A stretch of 64,000 nt of DNA from an uncultured Nitrospira sp. (lineage in GTDB: Bacteria > Nitrospirota > Nitrospiria > Nitrospirales > Nitrospiraceae), in the NCBI GenBank assembly GCA_964465695.1, contig CAYXKP010000001.1, positions 4,714 to 68,713 on the forward strand. Reading direction: 5' to 3'. The notes beneath the pieces are model-generated. The model was not told where the DNA came from. It made no database searches and saw nothing but the letters and a program-made list of their open reading frames with translations. Numbering within the stretch: the first letter of the stretch is position 1; each line of letters starts with the position of its first letter. This document shows, piece after piece, positions 53,857 through 62,164 of this stretch. The position numbers were made by a program, and so were the translations under genes.

Positions 53857-54711
53857 ATGAGCCGACAGATCATTGCAGGTGCCTTGCTGGCAAGCACGCT
53901 GTTGGGGGTGATGAGTTGTGTCCCGCCTCCACGAGTGACCAGCAGTACCGAGCCGGCGGGTGGACAGAGCAGGCAGGCGCCCATCGATGCGTTGTTTGTC
54001 CCCCCATCGCCTGAAACGATTCCAGGTGATCTGAGAGGCGAGCAGATTCGGCTGGGCTACAAGATGATCGTCGACACGCAGGAGTATGGCAAGCGGTATG
54101 TTGGAAACGCGCTCAACTGCACCAATTGTCATTTGGACGCGGGGCTCAACCCGAATGCCGCGTCCTTCGTCGGTATCAGTACGCTTTATCCGCAGTATCG
54201 TGAACGAGCGGGCCGACAGATGACGCTGGCCGATCGAATCAACGAGTGTTTCGAGCGCAGCATGAACGGAAAACCTCTGCCGCCGGACAGTGTGAAGCTC
54301 ACGGCCATCGTCGCGTATATCGAATGGTTGTCCCAGAATATGCCGCCCGGCTTCGAGGTCCCCTGGCGGGGAATTCCGCGTCTGACCTCGGCCCATGAGC
54401 CCGACCCCCTCAACGGTAAAAAGGTCTTTGAGAAAAAGTGTCTGTTCTGCCACGGCTCGGACGGACAAGGCACCATGACGGCCCCGCCCGTATGGGGGCC
54501 TCGTTCGTACAATATCGGGGCAGGAATGGCCCGGGTCGGCGTCGCCGCCTCTTTTATTAAGGCCAACATGCCGCGAGGCTGGGGATGGTCGGTGACGGAC
54601 GATGAAGCCATCGATGTTGCAGCCTATATCAATACTCAACCCCGGCCCGACTTTCCCGGCAAGATTCACGATTGGCCGAAGGGCGGCAAGCCGGCGGATG
54701 CGCCCTATTGA
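53857..54711 (+). CDS. tsdA: TsdA-like diheme cytochrome c (thiosulfate dehydrogenase family), lipoprotein
   Basis: Lipobox GVMSC. Two CxxCH motifs (CTNCH, CLFCH). Collinear with TsdA as I remember it: FVG...YPQY..R.G...TL..RI.ECFERS.NG, PPVWGPRSYN.GAGM, FIKANMP. Confidence 0.75.
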   Translation: MSRQIIAGALLASTLLGVMSCVPPPRVTSSTEPAGGQSRQAPIDALFVPPSPETIPGDLRGEQIRLGYKMIVDTQEYGKRYVGNALNCTNCHLDAGLNPNAASFVGISTLYPQYRERAGRQMTLADRINECFERSMNGKPLPPDSVKLTAIVAYIEWLSQNMPPGFEVPWRGIPRLTSAHEPDPLNGKKVFEKKCLFCHGSDGQGTMTAPPVWGPRSYNIGAGMARVGVAASFIKANMPRGWGWSVTDDEAIDVAAYINTQPRPDFPGKIHDWPKGGKPADAPY

Positions 54712-54783
54712 GACACCAATAGGCGTCGATTTTTGTCGGTTTCGCGTGTTGGCAGCGGTGAAGCTTGGGGGACAAGGAGCGGA

Positions 54784-55203
54784 ATGAAACTCACGGCCAC
54801 CTTTCACGGCGGAACGCGCTATGACATTGTCAGCGGACAGCATCGTGTCATCACCGATCAGACGGTCGAGGACGGAGGGCAGGATGCCGGAATGGGTCCG
54901 GTTGAGCTCTTCGTCGGGTCCGTCGCGAGTTGTGTCGCGTATTTCGTCGGGCAATTCTGCGGGCGGCACGGCATTTCCCGAGACGGCTTGGCGGTCGATG
55001 CGGAGTGGACCATGGCCGAAGCTCCTCATCGAGTGGGTCGTATCGACATCGGAATCCATCTTCCCCATCGAATCACCCCAGAGCAAAAAGAGCGTCTATT
55101 AAAGGTGGCGCATGGCTGCACGGTGCATCAGTCCATCGCCGTGACGCCGAACATCGGTATCAAGTTGAATCCGCCCGTGCATCAGAAAGCCGATGGATCA
55201 TAG
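54784..55203 (+). CDS. OsmC/Ohr-family peroxiredoxin-like protein
   Basis: GPVELFVGSVASC...VAHGCTVHQS, the two conserved Cys contexts of the OsmC family. Confidence 0.8.
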   Translation: MKLTATFHGGTRYDIVSGQHRVITDQTVEDGGQDAGMGPVELFVGSVASCVAYFVGQFCGRHGISRDGLAVDAEWTMAEAPHRVGRIDIGIHLPHRITPEQKERLLKVAHGCTVHQSIAVTPNIGIKLNPPVHQKADGS

Positions 55204-55249
55204 AGTCGCACGCAAGACATCGCCGTGCGGGCCAACGCTTCATCAACCA

Positions 55250-56668
55250 ATGGAGAGCAAGATGGGTGTGGAAGGAATCAGGAGTGTGACGGTAGCGATC
55301 CTGACTTTGGCGGCAGCAACGGTTCTCTTTCAGGACCCATCCTTCGCGCGCGATCAGGCGCGCGCAAAGGAGCTTCTCCAGCAGACCTGTGTGCAATGTC
55401 ACCGGTTGGAGGGGACAGCTGAATCGCGGTTCAAGCTTCATGCTCCAGACTTGATCTGGGCCGGCAGCAAGTACCAGCGGTCGTGGCTCATTCGTTGGCT
55501 GACCGGTAAGGAGGCTCCACTCTATGCGAAGGGATATCTATGGGATTTGACGAACGTTCCTTCCAAACATCCCCTTGTCACGGACTCGGAGGCGAATGCC
55601 CTCGCAGATTATTTTGCCGAGCACAACAAAGATCCACGCGTGACGGTCGGAGCTTTTGATGTCGCCAAAGTGACGAAGTTCGATGTGACGTTCGGCAGAA
55701 TAGCCTATAAAGCTCATGCCTGCCTCGGTTGTCATACCATCGAGGAGAACGGCAAGCTTATCGGTGGCCCGCAGAGCGCCGCGTTGCAGAATGCCGGTCA
55801 GCGGTACAACGTGGACTGGCTCTATCGTTTTGGGCAGAACCCGCAGGACTTCACCGTTCACAATGGGGAATTTTTGGCCGATGCGACCGATCCACAATTG
55901 CGAGCCGTGATCGGATTCCTAGCCGTGCAAGGCGTCAACGACTTTAAATACTATGAGCCCTGGACAAGCCCGGAGTTTGCCAATGGGAGCATCGATCGGG
56001 GGAAGACGCTGTACAAGGAATATTGCGCCCAGTGCCACGGCTTTACCGGCAAGGGCGACGGCCCTGCTGCATCGGGATTGGAACCCAAGCCCGCCATTCA
56101 CGCCAACATACCGTTTGAGAAGCTTCCGATGGAGTATCTCTATAACGTGATCAATCATGGCGGCCCGGCTGTCGGCAAATCGCCGAACATGCCCTACTGG
56201 GGGCTCACGATCGGCCAGCAGGGTGTGGCGGATGTGATCGCCTATTTGAAAGTGACATTCAAAGGTATACCGGATGTCGCCGCCGCGGGAGGCACTGAAG
56301 GCAGTCCCTGCGTGCAGCCGCGCAAGACCGCCAAGGCGCCGGAAGACTTCCTCACAAAGACCAATCCGCTTCCATCCTCTGCAGGGGAGATCCAAGCAGG
56401 GAAAGAGTTGTTTCTGAAGACCGCGCAGCCGGCCCCCTGTGCCATGTGTCATGGCGAGCAAGGCGACGGCAAGGGATTTATGGGCGCTGCCTTGCTGCCG
56501 CCGCCGCGAAATTTCACGTGTGGCGCGATGATGCGGGAGATTCCGGATGGTCAGCTGTTCTGGATCATCAAGAACGGCTCTTCTGGAACCGGCATGATGT
56601 CGTTTGCCTCGCTGGGGGATGAACAGGTGTGGCAGCTGGTTCATTACATCAGAAGCCTGGCGAAGTGA
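55250..56668 (+). CDS. Tetraheme c-type cytochrome
   Basis: Four CxxCH motifs (CVQCH, CLGCH, CAQCH, CAMCH) after a signal peptide. The start is ATG55250 or ATG55262. Confidence 0.8.
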   Translation: MESKMGVEGIRSVTVAILTLAAATVLFQDPSFARDQARAKELLQQTCVQCHRLEGTAESRFKLHAPDLIWAGSKYQRSWLIRWLTGKEAPLYAKGYLWDLTNVPSKHPLVTDSEANALADYFAEHNKDPRVTVGAFDVAKVTKFDVTFGRIAYKAHACLGCHTIEENGKLIGGPQSAALQNAGQRYNVDWLYRFGQNPQDFTVHNGEFLADATDPQLRAVIGFLAVQGVNDFKYYEPWTSPEFANGSIDRGKTLYKEYCAQCHGFTGKGDGPAASGLEPKPAIHANIPFEKLPMEYLYNVINHGGPAVGKSPNMPYWGLTIGQQGVADVIAYLKVTFKGIPDVAAAGGTEGSPCVQPRKTAKAPEDFLTKTNPLPSSAGEIQAGKELFLKTAQPAPCAMCHGEQGDGKGFMGAALLPPPRNFTCGAMMREIPDGQLFWIIKNGSSGTGMMSFASLGDEQVWQLVHYIRSLAK

Positions 56669-56791
56669 CGGAGTTTCAAGCTCCACGCTGCTGTCATGAG
56701 TGTGACTTCCGTAGGAGGAGGTGTTCGGGCGGATGGACGGGAAGCAGTTATGAAAATGAGAACATAAACGTACCTGAATAAGGAGGAAAGA

Positions 56792-57286
56792 ATGAGTGTC
56801 CGACGATACGGAACAACTTTGTTAATCGTTCCGCTCGCCATGGCGACGTTGATGATCTGGAATGATGGTCCCGACATCGCGTATGCACAAACCAAGGGAA
56901 TGGAGGCGCCGCCGTCAAAGGTGGAGATCACCATCAAGGATCGTCAGCACGGATATGAGACGGTCGGGATGACGATGCCGTCGCAGGACACGATCATCGT
57001 CGTTAGGAACCAGGATTCCGTGACGCATGGATTGGCGTCTGCGTTGTTCAAAAACCTTCCCGTGAAGGTGGAAGGTGGGACTGAGGTGCGAGGTAAACGG
57101 TTCAAATCGTTTCATGTCGATGCGGGAAAGACCATGACGCTTCGTTTCGCTACCGCACCCTCGAACTTCGATCCGGCAACTGGTGGGGCTGAAAGTGTGC
57201 GGCACGCACTGTGGTGCGACATCCATCCTGAAGTGAAAGGAGAACTGTTTATCATTGAAACCCGAGGGGATATAGGGGGCGGGTGA
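56792..57286 (+). CDS. Cupredoxin-like periplasmic protein with non-canonical copper site
   Basis: SD aaggagg and a signal peptide. His (VTHGL) plus a C-terminal WCDIHPEVKGELFI loop (Cys-x2-His) with no Met at the usual axial position. Confidence 0.55.
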   Translation: MSVRRYGTTLLIVPLAMATLMIWNDGPDIAYAQTKGMEAPPSKVEITIKDRQHGYETVGMTMPSQDTIIVVRNQDSVTHGLASALFKNLPVKVEGGTEVRGKRFKSFHVDAGKTMTLRFATAPSNFDPATGGAESVRHALWCDIHPEVKGELFIIETRGDIGGG

Positions 57287-57487
57287 GTGCCCTCCGATCG
57301 CAGTCTTAACATGTCCGCCATGGTGCAGAATCTGCTCTCTTCCTTACTAAGGAAGGAGCTGAAGGTAAGGGTTCCGGTCCTGACCAGCGAGAATCCTACC
57401 GGAGCCAGGACCGGCGAATCTGTCCCTGTGATGGGTGACGCTGGGATGAGCAGCAGCGCATGTCGTGTAGTGGATGAAGGAACACGC

Positions 57488-57955
57488 ATGAAAGGGTTCA
57501 AGAGACGTCTTGCTCCTGCTGGGGGCGTATGGCTTGGAGTCATGATCGGCGTCGGAGTGCTTGCCTTACCGTCTTTCGGATGGGGGAAGGAGATTGCGTT
57601 TGTCGCACGTGAGGTCGAAGATCAGCAAGCCGTTTGGCTTCCAAGGGAAATCGTTATTCACCCGAGCACGGATTTCACGGAGCCGTTGATTTTTCGGCTT
57701 GACAATCCGACCGCCCGGACCCATGTATTCGAAGCCCCAGCGTTGTTCGAGTCTGTAGAGGAGGATGGGGTTCAGATCATGAGGCCGCTTCGGATTACCA
57801 TTCCGCCTGAGGGGACCGAACAGACTGTGATCGACAGAGACCGAATGGCGAGCGATGCGATCGCTGCCGAGGGGAAGACGGTGACCTATCGATTCTACTG
57901 CCCCCTTCATCGAGCAGATGCAGACATGGGTGGCAGAATCGTCGTCGGGCAATAA
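57488..57955 (+). CDS. Cupredoxin (blue-copper-like) protein
   Basis: Signal/TM anchor, THVFE His, and a C-terminal YCPLHRADADMGGRIVV loop (Cys-x2-His-x5-Met). Confidence 0.65.
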   Translation: MKGFKRRLAPAGGVWLGVMIGVGVLALPSFGWGKEIAFVAREVEDQQAVWLPREIVIHPSTDFTEPLIFRLDNPTARTHVFEAPALFESVEEDGVQIMRPLRITIPPEGTEQTVIDRDRMASDAIAAEGKTVTYRFYCPLHRADADMGGRIVVGQ

Positions 57956-57986
57956 TCAAAAACCGCAGCTAGTCAAGGAGTCCATC

Positions 57987-58346
57987 ATGGCAACGTTCAT
58001 CATTTCAGGTAGTCGAGGAACCGATGACCCAACGATGGCGACTTTGCCGTTCATGGCCGCCAAGACGGCAAAAGAACAAGGGCATGATGTCGTGCTGTGG
58101 TTGTGGAACGAAGCCGTCACGCTGGGACGAAAAGGCGTGGCGGATCATGTGACGGGCGTGAACTTAACGCCGCTGAAAGAGCTGCTTGCCGCCGTACAAG
58201 CAGCCGGTGTGCCGATCTGGGTGTGCGGGGCCTGCGCCGTAGCGAGACAGATCAGCGGAGGAGACTTGGTGGCGGGTGCGGCCATCAAGGGCATGCCGGA
58301 TTACATCAAGGCCGTGGCTGAGCGCGACCGGAACGTGATGTTCTGA
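57987..58346 (+). CDS. DsrE/DsrF-like sulfur-relay family protein
   Basis: SD aaggag. ~119 aa; FIISGSRGTDDP...VWLWNEAV...VCGAC pattern typical of the DsrE/TusD fold. Confidence 0.7.
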   Translation: MATFIISGSRGTDDPTMATLPFMAAKTAKEQGHDVVLWLWNEAVTLGRKGVADHVTGVNLTPLKELLAAVQAAGVPIWVCGACAVARQISGGDLVAGAAIKGMPDYIKAVAERDRNVMF

Positions 58347-58444
58347 TTACCGGGGATCAAGAGATGCTTGGTATCGGCTGATGGCGAACGGCGTCACGGA
58401 TTCCCGGATGGTGGGGGTAGATCTCAGGGAGGGCATGAGCTGTT

Positions 58445-58804
58445 ATGACGATCACTTCGATCGCCTTTAGCGTATATCCTGTCAGGGATATGGAACGTGC
58501 CCGCCGCTTCTATGAAGGGATACTCGGCCTGAACCCGGAGCATGTCTTTGGAGATGCCTGGTGTGAATACGAAGTGGGCGGAGGAACGTTTGCCCTCACA
58601 ACAGCGGAAATGGGGCATGAGCCTGGGGCGAAAGGGGCAGTTGTTGGATTTGAGGTTGACGATCTTGACGCGTTCGTTGCTTTGTTGAAGAAGAAGGGCG
58701 TGCCTTTCGTCACGAATGTGTTGACGACGCCTGTGTGCCGAATGGCGGTGATTGAAGACCCTGACAGGAATCACGTCACAATTCATAGGAGAAATGCGTC
58801 ATGA
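58445..58804 (+). CDS. VOC/glyoxalase-bleomycin-resistance family protein
   Basis: FSVYPVRDMERARRFYEGILGL and a C-terminal IEDPDRNHVTI. Confidence 0.8.
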   Translation: MTITSIAFSVYPVRDMERARRFYEGILGLNPEHVFGDAWCEYEVGGGTFALTTAEMGHEPGAKGAVVGFEVDDLDAFVALLKKKGVPFVTNVLTTPVCRMAVIEDPDRNHVTIHRRNAS

Positions 58805-59358
58805 AACGGTTGATCGTCGTCTCGATCTTTGCAATATGGGTGATCGCCATGACTCCTCCCGCGGAAGCCGAACGCCACATGATGCAACCGATCGTGCCGG
58901 CCGATAAATTGGCGGAAGCAAGGGCGCTGAAGAGTCCCCTGTCGAATTCTACCGAAGTGATTGAGCAGGGCAAAGCGGTATACAAAGGCAAGGGTGGCTG
59001 TGTAACCTGTCATGGAATAGACGGAGACGGCAAAGGGCCGGCTGCTGCGAGTCTGAATCCTTCTCCGCGTAACTTTCAGCATCATGGTTTTTGGCGCCAT
59101 CGCACCGAGGGCGAAGTCTTCTGGGCCATCAAATATGGCTCGCCCGGCACAGCCATGATCGCTTTCGGTTCGGTCCTGTCAGACAACGAAATCTGGGCCC
59201 TCATTCAGTATGAGCGAACCTTCGCCGGCATGCACGGGCCTGGAATGACGGGGCGTGGAGAAGGTATGGGACCAATGATGGGAGGTAGAGGAGGGATGGA
59301 GCATCGCGGGGGAAGAGGTGGAATGAAGGAGTGTGAAGGGGAGGCGTGTGAACGATGA
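58801..59358 (+). CDS. Monoheme cytochrome c with C-terminal Gly/Met-rich tail
   Basis: ATGA overlap with the VOC gene. CVTCHGIDGDGKG heme motif. Tail GMHGPGMTGRGEGMGPMMGGRGGMEHRGGRGGMKECEGEAC. Confidence 0.8.
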   Translation: MKRLIVVSIFAIWVIAMTPPAEAERHMMQPIVPADKLAEARALKSPLSNSTEVIEQGKAVYKGKGGCVTCHGIDGDGKGPAAASLNPSPRNFQHHGFWRHRTEGEVFWAIKYGSPGTAMIAFGSVLSDNEIWALIQYERTFAGMHGPGMTGRGEGMGPMMGGRGGMEHRGGRGGMKECEGEACER

Positions 59359-59723
59359 TCGACTCATGCTCAGATCCTCCATACTGAGCTGTCGTACTCG
59401 GGTTAGCGATCGCGACAGCTCCTTCCCCCGCTACCCGTTGCTGCGCTTTTCCACATCTGACGATTTCCTCGTGAGTATTCCTGCGTCACATCGACACCGC
59501 TCTTGTCGGTCTCACTGCCTCAAGCCGCTGTTTCACCGAATTTCTATTACACCGATGTGAAATGTAATAACGGCACCGGAATCGCATCACATTATACGAA
59601 CCAAATCTTGTTGGAGCGGCTCACACTCGGCAGGAGAACACGAGTGTAGTACCGGAGGATCAGCATGCGTGAGACGAGTCAATATCAGTTGGGTGCCGAA
59701 AGTCTAACCCGGAGGTATTAGTC

Positions 59724-60364
59724 ATGACAAAGTGGAAGAGTCGGTGGATCCTTGGGTTGGGGGGAGCTGCGTTGCTCATAGTAATGACCGCCTACCCGAG
59801 TTTCGTCGCCGAAAGCCATGGGAAAATGATGCATGGAGGTCATGATCAGAATGAACAGGACCACCATGGTGGGCACTATCTAGAACATCTGCTGAGGCAT
59901 GCCAAAGACATTGGGCTGACACTGGAACAAATAGGCAAGCTGAAGGCCTTGCAGCTGGATTACAAACGAACCGAGGCTCGGTTGGAAGCCGACGCTAAGA
60001 TCGCAAAACTCGAGCTGCACGCGCTATTGGAAGACGAGCAGGCAGACCTCGATGCGATCCAAGCAAAAATCGACCAGCTGAAAAAGCAGAAAGCGCCAGC
60101 TTGGTTGCATCCATAAAAAGCAAGCGCACCGCCGTGGCCATGTTGACTCCCAATCAACGGGAAAAGGACCGTGCTCTTCAAGAACAGATGAAGGCGGGAG
60201 GGCAGCATGGAAGTGGAATTGGCGGGATGGGCGGTGGAATGATGGGAGGCATGGGCGGCATGATGGGTGGTATGGGGGGCGGAAGTATGGACAGTGGTGG
60301 GCATGGGCAGAGCAGTGGCGATCATGGAGGGGGATCCAGCGGAGGACAGCAACACCAGCACTGA
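59724..60364 (+). pseudogene. Spy/CpxP (LTxxQ) family periplasmic His/Met-rich protein, split into two frames (59724..60116 and the -1 frame to 60364)
   Basis: ORF1 has a signal peptide, a His-rich segment and the first helices. ORF2 (-1 frame, open from 59999) continues the family pattern (AMLTPNQREK) and ends in a Gly/Met/His-rich tail. The junction is at ctG AAA AAG c. This is a frameshift mutation, a sequencing indel or recoding. Confidence 0.6.
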
Positions 60365-60484
60365 AAAACGAGCGTCGCTGAAGTACGAAGAGCGGACTGA
60401 GGGTAGGCTAGAGCGGAGAGGGCGAAGCGATGGGGATTTTCCTGAGAGCTAGTGGGATGATACACTCCGACTCAATCAGGTGCA

Positions 60485-60507
60485 GGAGCATAGAATGGAG
60501 CATAGAA
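60485..60507 (+). promoter_or_regulatory. Two direct copies of ggagcatagaa (period 12) about 37 nt upstream of the His-rich ORF
   Basis: Read directly: ggagcatagaa-t-ggagcatagaa. Candidate response-regulator or metalloregulator site. Confidence 0.3.
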
Positions 60508-60543
60508 ATATGAAGGTTATGATGCTTTTCTCAGGGAGGAGTT

Positions 60544-60723
60544 ATGAAAGGTTCTCACCAACACACACATCAGCATAGTCATGCACACAAGCATGGAACG
60601 GAGAGCCATACCCATAGGCATGGGCACCGACATTCACATGGTCATTCCCATGCAAAGTCCGTCGACCATGAGCATGGACACACAGGCGACCATGGGGCCC
60701 ATGAGCATAGGCATCTCGAATGA
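60544..60723 (+). CDS. 59-aa histidine-rich peptide (22 His, HxH repeats), absent from the supplied ORF track
   Basis: Translated by hand: MKGSHQHTHQHSHAHKHGTESHTHRHGHRHSHGHSHAKSVDHEHGHTGDHGAHEHRHLE. SD gggagga lies 3-4 nt upstream. One codon below the 60-aa cutoff. Confidence 0.6.
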   Translation: MKGSHQHTHQHSHAHKHGTESHTHRHGHRHSHGHSHAKSVDHEHGHTGDHGAHEHRHLE

Positions 60724-60811
60724 GTGTCAGATCATCCCTTCTCGTTAGCCTGTCTGATTCGGGCGCGGAACACAAAGTCGGGAATAATGGATCATTCATG
60801 GGAGGACTCAA

Positions 60812-61291
60812 TTGAGCGAGCAGAAGACCATCACCGCATATTACGAGCAGGATCACGACCGACTGGATGAGTTGTTCAAGACGTTTCAAACATCGAAACG
60901 GTCGGACTTCGCGAGAGCGAAGGAGACGTTCAAGAACTTCAAGGTCGGCCTCCAGCGGCATATCGTGTGGGAAGAGGAACTGCTGTTTCCGATATGGGAG
61001 GAAAAAACCGGGATGATCGAGGACGGGCCGACCCCTGTGATGCGATTCGAGCATGACCAGATCAAGCAGCTGCTGGACGCGATTCACCGGAAGGTGGAAC
61101 GCCAGGATCTCAATACCGATCAGGATGAGCAGGCGCTGAGCAACCTCTTGAGCTCTCATAATCGGAAGGAAGAGCGGGCGCTCTACCCCGCGATCGATAA
61201 CGTGACCAATCCCGACGAGCGCGCCACGATCTTCAGCAACATGAACACGATTCCGGAAGACCGGTACAATAGCTGTTGCAGTCAGCACTGA
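60812..61291 (+). CDS. Hemerythrin HHE-domain protein
   Basis: TTG start after SD ggagga. YYEQDHDRLDELF, LQRHIVWEEELLFP, RFEHDQIKQLL, HNRKEERALYP motifs. Confidence 0.8.
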   Translation: MSEQKTITAYYEQDHDRLDELFKTFQTSKRSDFARAKETFKNFKVGLQRHIVWEEELLFPIWEEKTGMIEDGPTPVMRFEHDQIKQLLDAIHRKVERQDLNTDQDEQALSNLLSSHNRKEERALYPAIDNVTNPDERATIFSNMNTIPEDRYNSCCSQH

Positions 61292-61293
61292 CC

Positions 61294-61773
61294 ATGATCG
61301 ACTCTCAACCGTTTCTCAGCCTAAATCGGCTCATTGCTCTGGCGGCTTCGTGCGGTTTGCTCTTCGTGGGCGGCCTTGCGATGGGTCTGATGTTTCTACC
61401 CGATGGTGTCTGGGCCGAATCCTCGACTTCACAACAGGCCACGAAGTTAAAGGGCAATATCCTGCGAGGTCGGGACATCTTCAACGGCAAAGGGGCCTGT
61501 TACTACTGCCATGGGATCGACGGGTATATCGGGAGGCCGCCTCGGTTAGCGGCGGACACGGCTGCGCTCATCGCGAAACTGAATCCTCCTCCCTCCGATT
61601 TGCGGAATCCCGAGGAGCTGCGCCTGAAAACCGACAAGGAGCGAGCCCGCGCCATTCGCGAAGGCCATCCAGGCACCGGCATGTTTCCCGACACCACCAT
61701 GACCGATCAAGACCTCGCCGACACGCTTCTCTACCTGGCGCTCATCAGGAAAGACCCTCATCCGGAGCAGTAA
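61294..61773 (+). CDS. Monoheme c-type cytochrome (membrane-anchored)
   Basis: TM/signal helix, CYYCHGIDG heme motif, GTGMFP distal Met region. Starts 2 nt after the hemerythrin stop. Confidence 0.8.
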   Translation: MIDSQPFLSLNRLIALAASCGLLFVGGLAMGLMFLPDGVWAESSTSQQATKLKGNILRGRDIFNGKGACYYCHGIDGYIGRPPRLAADTAALIAKLNPPPSDLRNPEELRLKTDKERARAIREGHPGTGMFPDTTMTDQDLADTLLYLALIRKDPHPEQ

Positions 61774-61867
61774 ATTCGGTAACTAACGCGAGAACGCCCT
61801 CTTTCACGAGTCGTTTCGGTCCGCTGAGGCCGCTTGACAATATGTAGCCTCGTGGATACAGTGATTC

Positions 61868-62158
61868 ATGTTCGAGGTTCGCAAGACCGAAGCGTTCGCG
61901 GCCTGGCTGGATGGACTGCGCGATATGCAAGCCCGAGCGCGCATTCAGGCCAGGATTGAACGCCTAGCGATGGGGAATGCAGGAGATGTCAGGCCGGTCG
62001 GCGAAGCTGTTTCAGAAATGCGAATCGATTATGGGCCCGGGTATCGCGTGTATTACATAAGACGTGGGCGTAACCTGGTGATTTTGCTAGCCGGTGGTGA
62101 CAAGCGCACGCAGGCAGCTGATATCAAGACCGCTTTGCAGCTCGCCAGAAAACTGTAG
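61868..62158 (+). CDS. Type II toxin, RelE/HigB-like 'addiction module killer' family
   Basis: FAAWLDGLRD..ARARIQARIERLAMGN.GDV.PVGEAVSEMRIDYGPGYRVYY is the family-typical sequence. Confidence 0.8.
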   Translation: MFEVRKTEAFAAWLDGLRDMQARARIQARIERLAMGNAGDVRPVGEAVSEMRIDYGPGYRVYYIRRGRNLVILLAGGDKRTQAADIKTALQLARKL

Positions 62159-62164
62159 GAGCTC

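Noticed and set aside
53818-55086. 422-aa minus-strand ORF antisense to tsdA/osmC
   Set aside because: A shadow ORF with no motifs. The plus-strand genes have heme motifs, a lipobox and OsmC signatures.
59333-59560. 75-aa ORF and a 9-bp-stem hairpin (gagctgtcg...cgacagctc) after the Met-tailed cytochrome gene
   Set aside because: The ORF has no SD or motif. The hairpin has an 18-nt loop and no U-tract, so it is not convincing as a terminator.
60542-61288. 248-aa minus-strand ORF covering the His-rich peptide and hemerythrin loci
   Set aside because: It is antisense to two plus-strand genes that have SD sequences and recognisable content. Its His-rich C-terminal part merely mirrors the CAT/CAC-rich plus strand.
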